Assembly: GCF_006345805.1 (NCBI RefSeq)
Contig: NC_043024.1
Span: forward strand, 5,828,001-5,892,000
Direction: 5' to 3'
DNA from: Octopus sinensis
Lineage: Eukaryota
Length of the DNA stretch: 64,000 nt
The notes below the pieces were generated by a model. The model worked only from the letters and a program-made list of their open reading frames with translations. It did no database searches and was not told where the DNA came from. Positions 12,401 through 26,736 of this stretch are shown one piece after another. How positions within the stretch are numbered: position 1 is the stretch's first letter; each line of letters starts with the position of its first letter. Made by a program: the position numbers and the translations under genes.

Positions 12401-13868
12401 CTCTTCAAAATTGCAGCCATACTTGGCAAATGTTTCCATGTCATAATTACTAATGGTAGGAGGTGGGGGAAATAAGTTGTGGGTGGTAGTGGGAGTGATG
12501 TGTCTAATTTGAGATGTGAATGGGGAGTGGAGTGAGTGAGTGTACAACACACTGAAAAAAATTGAATTTTTTTTTGCTCAGATTCACATACTCACAACAC
12601 TACAGTAAGCTCTAAATATGGTTGGAATATTACATGGAGAAACAGGAAGGAGTTGAGCAGCCATGAGGGCCGCCAAGTCAGCAGTTTTTATTTATTTTTT
12701 TAATGAGATTTCCATGAGTTTTAGTTTCTGATAACCTGGAACATAAGTGAAAGCAGAGAAAAAAAAAGAGGGAAGCAAAGACATGGGCGGGTTGAGTTGA
12801 GACTCTCTACTCTCCCTTTAATTATGAAAACATTGCCATTAACTTACCTGATCCCCACCCTTCCATCTTTACACCTTTCTAATTTTTTTGTCCCCCCCCC
12901 ACTCCAGTTGGAAGAAAAAGCAGCACCCAATGATTTGTTAGCCTATCTACCCTTTATCCACCCTGATCCCCCAGTTAGTCATAGAATGAAGAGATCTTTA
13001 ACACAAAGTTTAATCAAGGGGACTGTGATAAATTAAAAAAAAGATCTACCCCACCCACCCGTACTAGAAATATCTCCCAGGTGATTGAATCTGATAGGGT
13101 ATCAGCGGACCCCTATAAATTGGTGGAGGGGGTAACTTTCACCAGCACAATTAGTTGCTGGCAGTGACAAAAGCAAAAAACTTAACCCTCCAGGTTTGAG
13201 TCTACCTTGTTCTGTCATTATAATAATTATTATTATTATTTTAGTGGGGAGGGATACACTGTCTACCACCACAGGGAGCATAAAATTGATGAACGTTTTT
13301 GTGAGCTTAGTGCTGAGCTGAAGGAAATCCCATCGTGGGCCACTGGGGAAAAAAAGGCAACAGGAAACTCCACTGCAATGTATTATAAGGTATTCAGTCA
13401 GTGGTGCCCAATAATTGATGACATTTCTTCAGTAAAGGCACCCAAGGGTCTTTGGTTGTATTTTTTTAGATGTTTGGAAAGAAGGTACTTTTAGTTTTGT
13501 TTATATTTTAGAGAAAGTTCTAAAATCACACATACATATATATACATGTGTGTATACACTCATATTCATACATGCATGAGTAGCTTAGTTTTTGGTTCTT
13601 AGATTGTTGTTGTTTTCTGCCAGCTGGTGTGCTGACATGGAGAACAATAACCTATTAAAAATATATTTGGGCACCTGCAAAAGGACTTCCCAAGAGAGTG
13701 TCCAGAGCAAACACTGATCTCAGGATGTACTGAATCGGACAGCCTGTCCAATGCTTCAATGACTCTGCCAGTTTGTTATATATATATATATATATATATA
13801 ATCATCTGTGAAGACACATACATATTTATGCATACACACACACACACACATATATATATATGTGCTTA

Positions 13869-14042
13869 TATAGGATGTCCATAAAGTCTTTAGATAATTT
13901 CAAAAAGTCACGAAAAATTTAGAAGAGATGGCAACTAAATTTTTGTTGCATTTTAATGTTACATGTTTATTAAAATTACATTATCTGTGGGTCTGAAACA
14001 TAAATTTTTCTATTTGCTTAATGACTTTGTGGACACCCTGTA
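13869..14042. mobile_element. Tc1/mariner-type MITE
   Basis: Imperfect TIRs TATAGGATGTCCATAAAGTC / GACTTTGTGGACACCCTGTA with TA flanks. Confidence 0.7.
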
Positions 14043-15282
14043 TATTTGCATGTGTGTGTATGTATATGTGTGTGTGTGTATTTATCAAGTTATAAAAGCA
14101 ATTAAACATCAAACTAAAGAATTATTTGGTACTTTTTTCTGTAGAGATAAATTTATTATGTTTTTACAAGAAGAGTTATGATAGTGGCTTTGAAGTTTCA
14201 GCCTGTTAACTTTCATTGCACTGTCAACCTTCTTGTAAAAGAATGATAAACATATATATATATATATGTGTATATATATATAAATATTATTAATATTTTA
14301 GGAGGTTTGAGAAATGTAGTGTAGAACAAAGACGCTACGCACAGAATTTACGAGAATTAAAAATCAAAGATGTTGAGGCTACGCAAAAATAATAGTGATA
14401 TGTGTCCTATCAGTGAAACATTGTCATATGCAAAAAACTAAGGGTGGGTGAGTGTATGATGTCTAACCACATCCCAACATGGAAATATATGTGTGTATAT
14501 ATGTATGTATGTATAATCATATAAACCATGAAAATTAGGAGATACAAGAGGTGAATATATTTAACCACTTGATTAGATCTAGATTTCAGCTGCATGGACA
14601 CTTTACAATTCTCTGTATTGGATTAATAAGTGATCTGATAGCTGAGTCCATCAGAGGAGCTTATTGTGATGGTCATGAGAGTCTCTGAATCTATATCTTA
14701 TACCACAAGTTTATATCATCACATAAATAATTATTATTAACTAGAAATTACAGAGTGACTTAAGGGACAAAATTTATAGGAATTACATTTATTATATAGA
14801 CATAATCCTCTTGATTTCAAACCAGTGTGAGAAGTGCCAATGCATGAGACTCTCAGCCCTTGAGTCACTCTGACTCCTGCTGACTAACAATAAAAGAAAT
14901 ATGACATATACTCATGTTTTGAGTTCTATTTTCCTGTTTGCATCTAATTTTTTTGTCACAAATATTATTGTTATTATTAATCTTACTTGTTTTAGTTACT
15001 ATACTGAGGAGGCCATGCTGGGGCAACTCTGTTACTTTCTAGGAAGATACGGCATGAACTTGACTAGGATGACCCATAAGTACTTAATTTTATTGACATT
15101 GGAGGGCAGAGGGGAAAAGAGAGTCTGAGAGGGATACAAACTCCTCATATCACAAAAAAAATGGGGGGGATCAAGGACCATAACCAAAAGTATTTTGTCC
15201 AACACATTCTGCCACAGATAAACATATATAAATTATATATATGAACACACAAAGCATGTTTATAAATTATACACCTATCTAT

Positions 15283-15522
15283 CTATATATACATATACGT
15301 ACATATACATACATATATATATGTATGTATATACATATATATATGTATGTATATACATATATATACATACATACATACATATACATATACATACATATAT
15401 AATACATACATATATACATACATACATATATACATACATATATATATATACATACATATACATACATACATATATACATACATACATACATACATACATA
15501 CATACATACATACATACATACA

Positions 15523-15556
<34 letters not shown>

Positions 15557-15607
15557 CATACATACATATATATACATATTTATATATATATATATATATA
15601 TAATATA

Positions 15608-15639
<32 letters not shown>

Positions 15640-15700
15640 CTCTATCTTCCTTATCAAATGTTTCTACTTTATATATATATATATACATACACATATATAT
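15283..15700 (+). repeat. (CATA)n/(TA)n compound microsatellite
   Basis: Direct reading. Similar tracts at 19140-19470, 23790-24250, 29830-30130, 55615-55850 and others produce most spurious ORFs. Confidence 0.95.
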
Positions 15701-15723
15701 TCTATGTTCCTTATGCATGTTAG

Positions 15724-15768
15724 TGGAGAGAACGTGCCGAGGCCTTCGTCCCGCAGTGGACTGAATAT
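15724..15768 (+). mobile_element. Tiny RTE-like ORF C-terminal remnant
   Basis: Translates [14 protein letters not shown], resembling RTE C-termini (WRxLGEAxVxQWT). Confidence 0.4.
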
Positions 15769-17140
15769 GGGGGATCTAACCCAATCCATGCATGTATGCA
15801 TATATATGTGGTGGTGGTGGTGGTGGGGACTGCAGTTTTGATGCATTACCTGTTTTATGAGTCTTGGACTGGCTTAAGCAAAGCATGACAGGACATATAC
15901 AACAATACCGCCAACAACAGCAGCAACACAGTGAAGATGAGTTGGGGTGGGCATGGGGAGGAGTGTCAGAAACAAGTTCTTTAAGACACATTACAGCACC
16001 ACAATTGTAATTAATCAATTCAGTAATTAATTACGTCACTAACCATATGTCAGCTGATAATAAGTAGCTAATTAGTACTTATATTATCACAGATTTAGTT
16101 TCACTGTTCAACAGAAATGGGATCAGCGACTGCATTCTGCTGCTGCAATTGAATGCAATCCATTGCTGCAAATGCAACGCCATGTATGCTGCACAACTGA
16201 ATACTAAAATATTCACTGCAACAGTTAGAAATTTATCATCACAACCCTGTGCAAGCTTCAAGAGAAAGAGAGTGTGGAATGAGAAGATTGGCTGCAGCTG
16301 TTGGCCACTGATGAATCGACACAGCTGACTGGACATTTGACCTGTTTTGGTGCTGGAGGTAAGCACATGCATGCAGGCATGCAAAGAAATATGCAGATGG
16401 AAAAAAGGGCAAAAGAGAGACATAGTAATTTATTAACTTAATGTGATTAACATAAACATTTTTCCTATCCTCAGACTCAGAGAGAGAAATATGCTGAGAG
16501 AAAGAGAAAGAGACCTTACACATATATCCAAACATAACTAGATGCTCATACACATAGAGGGAAAGAGAGAGAGAGAGTAATATTATGATTTATTGATTGA
16601 ACGTGATTAACCAGCACTTTACCTTCTCCTCAGATACACAAAGAAAAATATACTCACACACATAGAAAGAGAGAGGAAGATAGAGAAACATTAAAATGTC
16701 TCGTGTCAAATAAGTCAGCGTCGAATCAGTGCCGCAAAATAAGCAATGCGCGGAAATGGCTGTGCCACAACATCTCATACTCAAGAGACAGAAAGAAATG
16801 ATGAGAGAGAGAGAGAAAGCTTAAGAGTGAGTGAGTGTAAGAAAGAGAGGGAAAGTAAAAGCTGAGGTTACCTTCCTGTGATTAAAAATAAATTAACTTT
16901 GGTTAGAGTTTAAGTACAAATGGTTAGGTTAAGTAACAAAAACATAAAAAAAAAAAATTAATGATGGATGCTATGTAGATCCTTTTGCAACAGTTTCATG
17001 AGAAATATTTTCATATTTATGATGAATTTTTGCTTGAAAATATTCATGTTTTTAATGAAAATTTGGAACAACATAAAAAATAAAGAAAATAAAAATGTCA
17101 TCTTCACAACAGTGTTAGCTTTGCTATTTAAGCACCAATG

Positions 17141-17196
<56 letters not shown>

Positions 17197-17390
17197 CACA
17201 AAAACCTGAAGGGTGCCGTATGAGGTTCGATTCTAGCAATCAGGTAAAAAGGTCTTCAACCATACTCAGGTTTTAGGAATTAAAAAACAAAATTACCATG
17301 TTGAATTCTTCAGACCAAAATTTACAGCCAAAAGAAGGAGGGAAAAGGGGAAAAAGGAGGAGGGGGATCAACTGATTCAGGAAAATGGTT

Positions 17391-17619
17391 TTAACCCTTT
17401 AAGGATTCAGATCACTCTGTCAGATGTAATGTGTATGTATTCACATCGTTTTAAATTAATCATGCATTAATTCATAGTTTTGAGATTTCGATGATGTGAT
17501 TGTTCATTTTTAAAGTGACATTGTAGGGTAAGTGCGAAAGGCCAGATTTGACCAGTTTGAAGACAAGACAGATTGAATATTTTGGCCAGATATGACCGGT
17601 TTAAATGTCAAAGCATTAA
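17391..17619 (+). mobile_element. TTAA-flanked MITE family A (other copies 17869-18079, 23154-23369)
   Basis: TTAA-CCCTTT...AAAGGG-TTAA ends and a shared internal sequence among copies (piggyBac-type signature). Confidence 0.7.
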
Positions 17620-19188
17620 AGGATCAAAGATTTCATGGGAAATGCAGCAGGATTTGGAAAGATAATAACGATATTTGGATGTTTACATATTAGATAAATC
17701 TGACTTACAAGGGGAAAAAAATGGCAACTGAAATAAAACATTCATTTAAAATGTTGCTCATGTCTGAGAATCCAAGAAATTTGTCATATTTACCATTTAT
17801 AATTGGTTAAGTTAATTATTTAAGCATGGAAAAAAAATTTTAAAACTATAATTAAAAAAAAACTGCTCAACCCTTTAGCATTCAAATTTCTCTCTCGAGT
17901 GTAACGCTTTTTTATTCACTGTGTTTTGGATTAATCAGGTGTTATTTTGTAGTTTTGGGATTTTGATGATGTGATTGTATGTTTTTAGAATGTGTGAGAG
18001 ATCAGACCTGGCCATCTTAAACATAAAACAGGTAGAATATTTGGGCTGGATATAGCCGGTTTGAATGCTGAAGGGTTAAGGTGGTGCCATGGCGGTCTCA
18101 TTGCAGGCACGGCAAAAGAAATGTGATAAATCTTTCGTTTTAAAGAAATATGGGTGGGGAGCGGGGAACCTAAAAATATTGCTAATTAATATTCTGAGTC
18201 AAAGGAATTATCATCACAAATATTTAAGCACCCCACCCCATGTAAAAAAATATAAAATAATAAAAAAAAACTCAGAAAATTTGATGGTGTGCCATGTAGA
18301 TAGATTCTGGTGATGCCTATGATGCAAGAATTTGTTTAGTTCTTCAGGTTTAGGAAGAAAAAATACATCCATCAAAAAAAAAAAAAAATCAAAAATGAAT
18401 GTTTGGAACCATTCTTTGCTACATTTGCTATCAAGATGATGATGATAATCGTTTCAAATTTTGGCACAAGGCCAGCAATCTTGGGGAGGAGGGCTTAAGT
18501 CGATTACATCAACCCCAGTGTTCAACTGCTACTTATTTTATAGACCCCAGAAAGAATGAAAAGTAAAGTCGACCTCGGCAGGGTTTGAACTCAGAACCTA
18601 AAGACAGACGAAATACTGCTAAGTATTTTGTCTGGTGTGCTAACGATTCTGGTACTTAATTTATCGACCCTGAAAGGATGAAAGGCAAAGTTGACCTTGG
18701 TGGCATTTGAACTTAGAGCATAAAGATGGAAAAAATGTTGAACATTTATTTTGTCCAGGATGGTAAAGATTCTGCCAGCTCGGTGCCTTAATAAAAATAA
18801 TTCTTTCAAAAATGGTACAAGGCCTGAAATTATATGTGGAGAAGATTAGCTGATTATATTAAGCTGAAGGCCAGGAATTTGGGGGAGGTGGTCGTGTTGG
18901 GGGCAGGATAGAGGATTAATATAACTCAAGTACTTTGCACTTCAATAACAATAAGTTAAGAAAGGAATGAAGTGTGTGTGCGTGGCATACATGGTCATGT
19001 GATAGGGATGCTGATATATAATTGTATATCTATACAAACTCTACACAGTTACCATTTGTCCCGCCCGGAAAAAAAAACAAAAAAAAATTAAATGTTCTTC
19101 TAAACCCTGGTATATTGCCTATGTTGAGACAAAAAAAATATGTATGTGTATATATATGTATGTATATAAATGTATGTATATAAATATA

Positions 19189-19248
<60 letters not shown>

Positions 19249-19428
19249 TATGTATATATATGCATATCATCATCATATATGCATATGTATATATATGCAT
19301 ATATGTATATATATGTATATATATGTATATATATGTATATATATGTATGCATATATGTATATATATATGCATAAATGTATATGTATGTATATATATGTAT
19401 ATATGTATATGCATATATATATGTATAC

Positions 19429-19466
<38 letters not shown>

Positions 19467-20946
19467 ATATATGAAATGCGACTGAGATATTGGTTTCTAA
19501 CATAGGCGCAAGGCCTCATATTTTAGCGTGGAAGAGAAGTAGAGTCAATTAAATTGACTCCATTACATGACTGGTACTTTATTTTATCAACCTTCAGAAG
19601 GATGAAAGATAAAATCAACCACTACAGGATTTGAACTCAGAACATAAAGAGCCATACCTAAATACCCAGCAGGGCATATTTTTTTTTTATCCACTGTTCA
19701 AAACTGAAGCTGTGATAGTATTTTCTTATTTGGGCACAAAGCCTGAAAACTGAAGTAAGGGTACTTTGTGGGACTTTATTTTATGAACCCTCAGTAGGAT
19801 GGAAGGTGAAGTTGACTGACCTTGGTAGGATTTGAAATCAGAACATAAAGATTCAAAACTAAATAAACTGCAAGGCAATTTGTCAAACTCTCTGATGATT
19901 CTGGCAATCTACTGCCATAGACCGAAATTCTTCAACTTTACATTGTTCTTTGGTTTTCATTCAACCCCAAAATACCCAGGGTTGCATAAATAGGGGTTTA
20001 TGTTTTTATCAAGATTTGAGACAGAAAAATAAAAGTGTTTGTTGCATGCACATGTATATGTGCATATCTATGCAGAAATGCATAGTTGAGAGCATGTGCA
20101 CACATGCATGCTTGCATTTGTATATGCATACATTTATGCATGCGTGTACATATATCTATGACAAATGCGTAGAACAGAGCATGTGCAGATATGCATGTTT
20201 GCATGTGTATGCACATAGTGTATTTGCACATATATCTATGTGAAAATGTATGCATTTGTCTATGTGCACAAGACTATATACACATGTATGTGCAGATATC
20301 TATGCACATCTGCATGCAAGAGTATGTGTGTCTTTTTGCGTATATGCATATGAAAGCATGCATATGTGAAACGGTGTGTATGCACATACTCTATGTGTAG
20401 ATGTATGTTTATCTCTACATCTATTTGCAGATGCACATGTGTGTGTATGTGTGCATACATCTTTATGGATGTCTGAATGCATCTTTCTGTATGTAGGTGT
20501 GTATGTTTGTGTATAAGACAAAGACTGCATCTTTCCCTCACAGACTCATTCAGGATGGTGTCTGTGAGTCAAAAGCATCAAGCGTTTTCATAGATGCGAT
20601 AATACAGCGACGGAAACTGAGAGAGAAAGAGAAGGAGGAGGGGGGCAGTTTCTGTCTGTGCATCTGTACTTGACTGTCGGCTGTTTCGCAGAAGGATGAG
20701 GAGGGCATGGGGCTTGAAGTGGGGAAAGATATGCCATCTGCTAGAAGCTGTTTCATTTAGAGAAAAGCTAAATATACACATATGTATGTATGTGTGCGTG
20801 TTTATATTTATATATATATGTATATATATATATATATAGCACACACATGCAGTGGTTGTCACTGTGGCCTGTTGGTTAATGTTAAGCAATGATATTTACA
20901 TGAATGGCTAACCACGGACAACCAGAAAAACCTTTATCTTCATTGA

Positions 20947-20977
<31 letters not shown>

Positions 20978-21117
20978 AAGTATATATATATATATATATA
21001 TGTGTGTATATATATATATGTATATATATATAAACGGTATTATATATGGATGCGTGAGTGCATATAATACCAAATACAATGGGTGACATTTTTTTTTTAT
21101 TTGTGGGTTTGCTTGGA

Positions 21118-21149
<32 letters not shown>

Positions 21150-21229
21150 CATGCATGTACGTACATTCACACATGCATAGACATAAACTCATACTCAAAG
21201 AGGTATGCACACACACCGACACACAAATT

Positions 21230-21294
<65 letters not shown>

Positions 21295-21445
21295 GTGCCT
21301 ATAGTTACTTCTGGACCATGGTTTCTGTCATGCTAATATCCAAGAATTTGGACATACCAATATTAATCAGCAGTAGCTGCAAATGCAAAAATAAAACAAC
21401 AAAAAATAAAGCACCAATTAACCATGCTGTTTAACTATATACTTA

Positions 21446-21496
<51 letters not shown>

Positions 21497-21778
21497 TATA
21501 TGTATATGGATGAACATACATGGTTTTGAAAAAAAGGAAAAGGAATATCTAGGATCCAAGAGAACAGGCAGAAATTATAGAGTGAAATTGGTGAATCTGG
21601 ATAGAATTGGATGCTGCATGCAAGAGGAAGCGGAAACTAATGTTTCTGGGTTGGCAATTCATCCGAACCAGAGATGTTTCCTTCATCTTAAATGAAGCAT
21701 GAGTTTTAAACCATGAAGATTTCTGCTTTTCTCCGCAGTATACAAACTCCTCCAGAATACCAAATCCACTCCACATAC

Positions 21779-21847
<69 letters not shown>

Positions 21848-21849
21848 GA

Positions 21850-22495
21850 CATGCATATGTAGTGTTTTATTGAAGCTGTGAAGACTTCCCTAACTGTTAC
21901 TCTGAGTATCACATCACTGGCCATCAGAGTATCTAGAACAATACAATAATACATAAGTATTATTGTATCACAAAGTTCTAAATATGCACAATTGTCTGAT
22001 GATCAGTTGACATGAAACTCTGAGTAACAGTTTGCAAGAACTTTTCAGCTTCAATGAAACAGTGATCTTTACTCTGCCTTTGGTAATTGAGTACTATTTT
22101 CTCCACATTGTTTTGCACCTATGTGCTTACGTGTGTGTATATATGTACACACATACATATATATATATTTATGTATATGTGTGTGTGTGGATGTGTATCT
22201 ATGTGTGTGTGTGTGTGTGTATGTATGAATATATAATTATGTATATTTCATACTATATAAAATATATATATATGTATGGAAATAAATACTTTCTTTTATC
22301 ATTTTTTCTCTTTTGTATTTTTCTTTCCGACAATATAAATAATTATAACAACATTGATATTGATAATGGGATGAACCATAGAGCGATATTATTTTTTTCT
22401 CTTCTTTTTGTTGTTTTTGGATATTTTTTCTTTGTGATTCTCTCGTGAGAATGATGCAGTGTTGCCTTGTGTGTGCCTCCAGGCCATCCTTGTTC
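21850..22495 (-). other. Probable integrin beta 3' UTR with candidate polyadenylation signal (AATAAA at 21866-21871 on minus)
   Basis: Follows the stop codon; AATAAA is followed by a TG/TA-rich stretch. The true 3' end cannot be fixed from sequence alone. Confidence 0.4.
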
Positions 22496-22564
22496 TTATT
22501 TCTCGCGCCCCCAGACAGGATTCTCAAATGTCGTTGATGCTGGGTGATATATAGGATTGCCTTG
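22496..22564 (-). CDS. ITGB: Integrin beta subunit, terminal coding exon (QGNPIYHPASTTFENPVWGREK*)
   Basis: Acceptor atctatttaattttcag, phase 0. NPIY, then STT, then NPVW at integrin beta tail spacing, followed by TAA. Confidence 0.95.
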   Translation of the reverse strand, partial: QGNPIYHPASTTFENPVWGREK

Positions 22565-24087
22565 CTGAAAATTAAATAGATATAAATATACGTTAATAAA
22601 TTTGATAGATAGATAGGTGGATGGATAAATGGATGGACAGATAGACAAATAGATAGACAGACGGATAAATAGATAGACAGATAAATAATAACAACAACAA
22701 CAATCATTTCTACTAAAGGCACAAGGCTTGAAATTTTGGGGGAGGGGACTAGTCAATCACATCGACCCCAGTGTTTCACTGGTACTTAGTTTATTGACCT
22801 CGAAAGGATGAAAGGTAAAGTTGACCTCAGTGGAATTTGAACTCAAAACGTAATGGCAGTCGAAATACCCCTAAGCATTTCACCTGGTGTGCAAACAATT
22901 CTGCCAGCTCACCACCTTAACAACAACAATCTTTGACTAATTGCTTTCTAGTTTTAAAATAGGTTCACTGTGGCTTTGATTGCTGTCAAAATTGATTAAA
23001 TTAACTAAAAGGATTGGCGTTTGAAATGACACCTGACTGGAAACACTGCTTTCAAAAACCCCTCTGATCCATGCCAGCATGGAAATGCAAATGTAAAATG
23101 ATGAAGCTCCCTGTCATCATAATAATAATAATCATCATCATCATCATCATCCTTTAACCCTTTAGTGTTCAGATTACACACTTTTTCACTCAAATTGTTT
23201 TGAATTAATCATGTATCATCTCATAGCTTTGAGGTTTCAACGATGTGATTGTTTATTTTTAGAATGTCAATGTAGGTTAGGTGTGAGAGGCTGGATATCG
23301 CCAGTTTGAATATAAAATATGTAGAATATATTGGGCCGGATTTGGCCACTTTAAACACTACAGGGTTAACGTCCATCTTCCATGTTCGCATGGACTGAGT
23401 GGTTCGGCAGGAGCTGGAAGAATGTGACAGGCTCCATGACTACTTCGGCATGGTTCCTATAGCGGGATGCCCTTCGTAATGCCAACCATTTCAAAGTGCA
23501 CCAAGTGCATTTTACCATGGCACCCACACAGAAAAAAGATGATGTTTTACAAGCTTTAAGCTTCTGTTAGGCAACCTAGAAGATAAAAACCTCTCACCAC
23601 CCAGCATCTATTTATAAGGGTGTTACCCAGGTAAATGTAGGATGATGATGATGATGGTGATGGTGGTGGTGATGATGGCAAGTTATCAACAATAACATGT
23701 GTCCTGTCATCTTATGCTATTTTTATACTAACACATGTGGTTAACTTGCAAGCAGCTTACATGAAGATCCAGATATATACCATAGACGAGTGTATGCATA
23801 TATATATATATATATTATATATATATATATATAATATGTATGTATGTATATATATGTATGTATGTATATATATGTATGTATGTATATATATGTATATATA
23901 TATATGTATGTATATATATATATATATGTATATATGTATATATATATATGTATATATATATTTATGCACACATAGATATAGATTTCACATTGAACATGTG
24001 TGTGTATGTATGTGTATATATGTATAAATGTATATGTGTGTGTGTGTATATATATATAATATATATATATATATGTATGTGCGTGTG

Positions 24088-24118
<31 letters not shown>

Positions 24119-26187
24119 GTATATATATATATATATATGTGTGTGTATATATATATATGTATGTGTGTGTGTATATATATATATATGTATGTGTGTGTGT
24201 ATATATATATATGTATGTATGTGTGTGTATATATATATATGTATATATATGAGAGAGAGAGAAAGAGAGGGGGAGGTCATGAAGTAAATGTTGTTTATTC
24301 CTATTTTTGTCAAACAGTGTCAAGCTAAGTAACTAATTATAATGCTGATTATGACCGGGTGGTAATGAGTAAGATGACAATGATGATGGTGATGCTGCCA
24401 ACCATTTCGAGGGGATGGGGGAGGAGTAGCTGATATCATCAACTACAATACACAATGGCTACTTTACCAAGCTCAGAGGAACGAAAGGTAAGTTCGACCC
24501 CAGCGGAATTTTAATCCAGAACTAATTCCACAAAGCATTTTGTTGGACATGCTAACAGTGCGGCCAGCTCAACGCCTTGAATAATAATAATGATAATAAT
24601 AATAATAATAATAATAATCATCATTTAGCGTCCGCCCTCCATGCTAGCATGGGTTGGACGGTTCAACTGGGGTCTGGGAAGCCAGAAGGCTGCACCAGGC
24701 CCAGTCTGATCTGGCAATGTTTCTACGTTAGATGTCATTCCTTACGCCAACCACTCCGTGAGTGTAGTGGGTGCTTTTTACGTGCCAGGCGGGGCTGGCA
24801 ATGGCCACGATCGGATGGTGCTTCTTACGTGCCAAATAATAATAATAATTATAATCCTTTCTACTAAAGGTACAAGGCCTGAAATTTTGGGAGAGGAGAC
24901 TAGTCGATAACATTGACCCCAGTGTTTTAGTTTATCGACCCTGAAAGGATGACAGGCAAAGTTGACCTCAGTGGAATTTGAACTCAGAACGAAGCGATGG
25001 GCAAAAATACCGCTAAGCATTTCATCCGGCATGTTAATAATTATACCAGCCCCACCACCTTAATAATAATAATCCTTTCTGCTAAAGGCACAAGGCCTGA
25101 AATTTTGTAGGAGGGGACTAGTCAATCACACTGACCCCCAGCATTTCACTGGTACTTAGTTTATTGACCCTGAAAGGATGAATGTAGTGGGTGCTTTTTA
25201 TGTGTCACCGGCACAGGGGCCAGTGGAGGCTGGCAAACAGCCACAATCGGTTGGTGCTTTTTACGTATCACCGACACGGACGCCAGTCAAGGTGGCGCTG
25301 GCATTGGCCACGTTCAGATGATGCTTTTTACGTGCCACCGGCATGGGTATCACAACTACAATTTCCATTTGATTTTTATTTTGATGTTGATGGTGATGTA
25401 CTTGACTCAATAAGGTCTCCTCAAGCACAGCAGGTCACCCTACGATCTAAGGTAAGCACAGCAGGCCATCCTGCGAGCCATGAACTCAATTCTTTTGTCG
25501 AATATGTGAAATGTATAATAACAATAATTCTTTTTATTATAGGCACAAGGCCTGAAATTCTTGGGGAGGGGTAAGTCGATTACATATCAACCCCAGTGTT
25601 TCACTGGTATTTAATTTATTGACCCTGAAATGATGGAAGGCAAAAATCAACCTTGGTGAAATTTGAACCTGGAATATAAAGATGGACAAAACGTTTAGAG
25701 GCATTTTGCCCAGCATGCTAACAAACCTGTTACCTCACTGCTCTAATAATGGTTTCAAGTTCTGGCATAAGGCCAGCGATTTCAAGGGTAGGGAAGAGTC
25801 GATTATATCGACCCTAGTGCTCAAATGACACTTATTTTATTAACCCCGCAAAAGGATGAAAGGCAAACCTGACCTCGACGTAATTTGAACTCAGAACGAA
25901 GCGATGGGCAAAATATCACTAAGCATTTCATCCAGTGTGCTAACAATTCTGCCAATTCGCCACCACTATGATGATGATGATGATGATGCCCTGCAATGGT
26001 TTAAAGCCACTGTTACCTGCTGAGACAGTACTGAACACATGTTTGACTCCGTCAGTATCTGGTTCTATATTAATTTGGTGTTAGAACATGTGTACTACGA
26101 CTACCACTACTACAGATGGATGATGAAGATGATGGTGATGATGATGATGATGGAGAAGAAGAAATAAAGAAAAGAACAACAAGAAAT

Positions 26188-26233
<46 letters not shown>

Positions 26234-26393
26234 GGAGGAAAAGGAGGAGAAGAACAAAGAGAAGGTAGAGAAGAAAGAAGAAGTTTCTGATGATGCTCAG
26301 ATTTCTCATTTTTTATTGGAACAGGTAGGGTGTAGGTGTGTATGCATATATATATATATACCAGCATGGAAAGCAGACATTAAACAATGATGA

Positions 26394-26448
<55 letters not shown>

Positions 26449-26611
26449 ATATATACAAACATGATATAGATCTGTGAGAATACTTGTATGCATAGGTCTG
26501 TCTGTCCAATTGTGTGTGTGTGTGTGCTTGTATATATATATATATATTAAAGAATATATTTATATTTTAAAATATTAATTACATATGATTATTAATTAAA
26601 TTATTGTAGTT

Positions 26612-26717
26612 ATGACCTGATGAGTGGCTATATTTATATTGAAGTGATTTTACTACAACTACTAATATTTTTACTATAATCATTTCTTAAATATAGCCAC
26701 GAAACATGTGTTGTTAT
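26612..26717 (+). ncRNA. Intact type-I hammerhead ribozyme motif with long helix II
   Basis: ATGAC-CTGATGA-[GTGGCTATATTTA/TAAATATAGCCAC, 13 bp]-GAAA-CATGT-GUU-GTTAT; all core nucleotides canonical. Confidence 0.75.
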
Positions 26718-26736
26718 TCTACCAAATATATACGTT

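Noticed and set aside
12352-12449. Possible minus exon NYDMETFAKYGCNFEERVTANKSKSYDITYTK; similar candidates at 13244-13390, 21290-21380, 36450-36600 and 41140-41300
   Set aside because: Splice-like signals are present but there is no recognisable protein or consistent exon chain.
15275-15841. Long overlapping ORFs rich in Y/I/H/T/C/V/M here and at 19100, 23737, 29800, 40426, 50277, 51883, 52739 and 55510
   Set aside because: Translations of (TA)n, (CATA)n, (AGAT)n and (GA)n repeats, which lack stops in some frames; no domain content.
20550-20621. Strong minus acceptor followed by FPSLYYRIYENA* or FRRCIIASMKTLDAFDSQTPS*
   Set aside because: The true tail exon is 22496-22564; no homology or partner exon supports this one.
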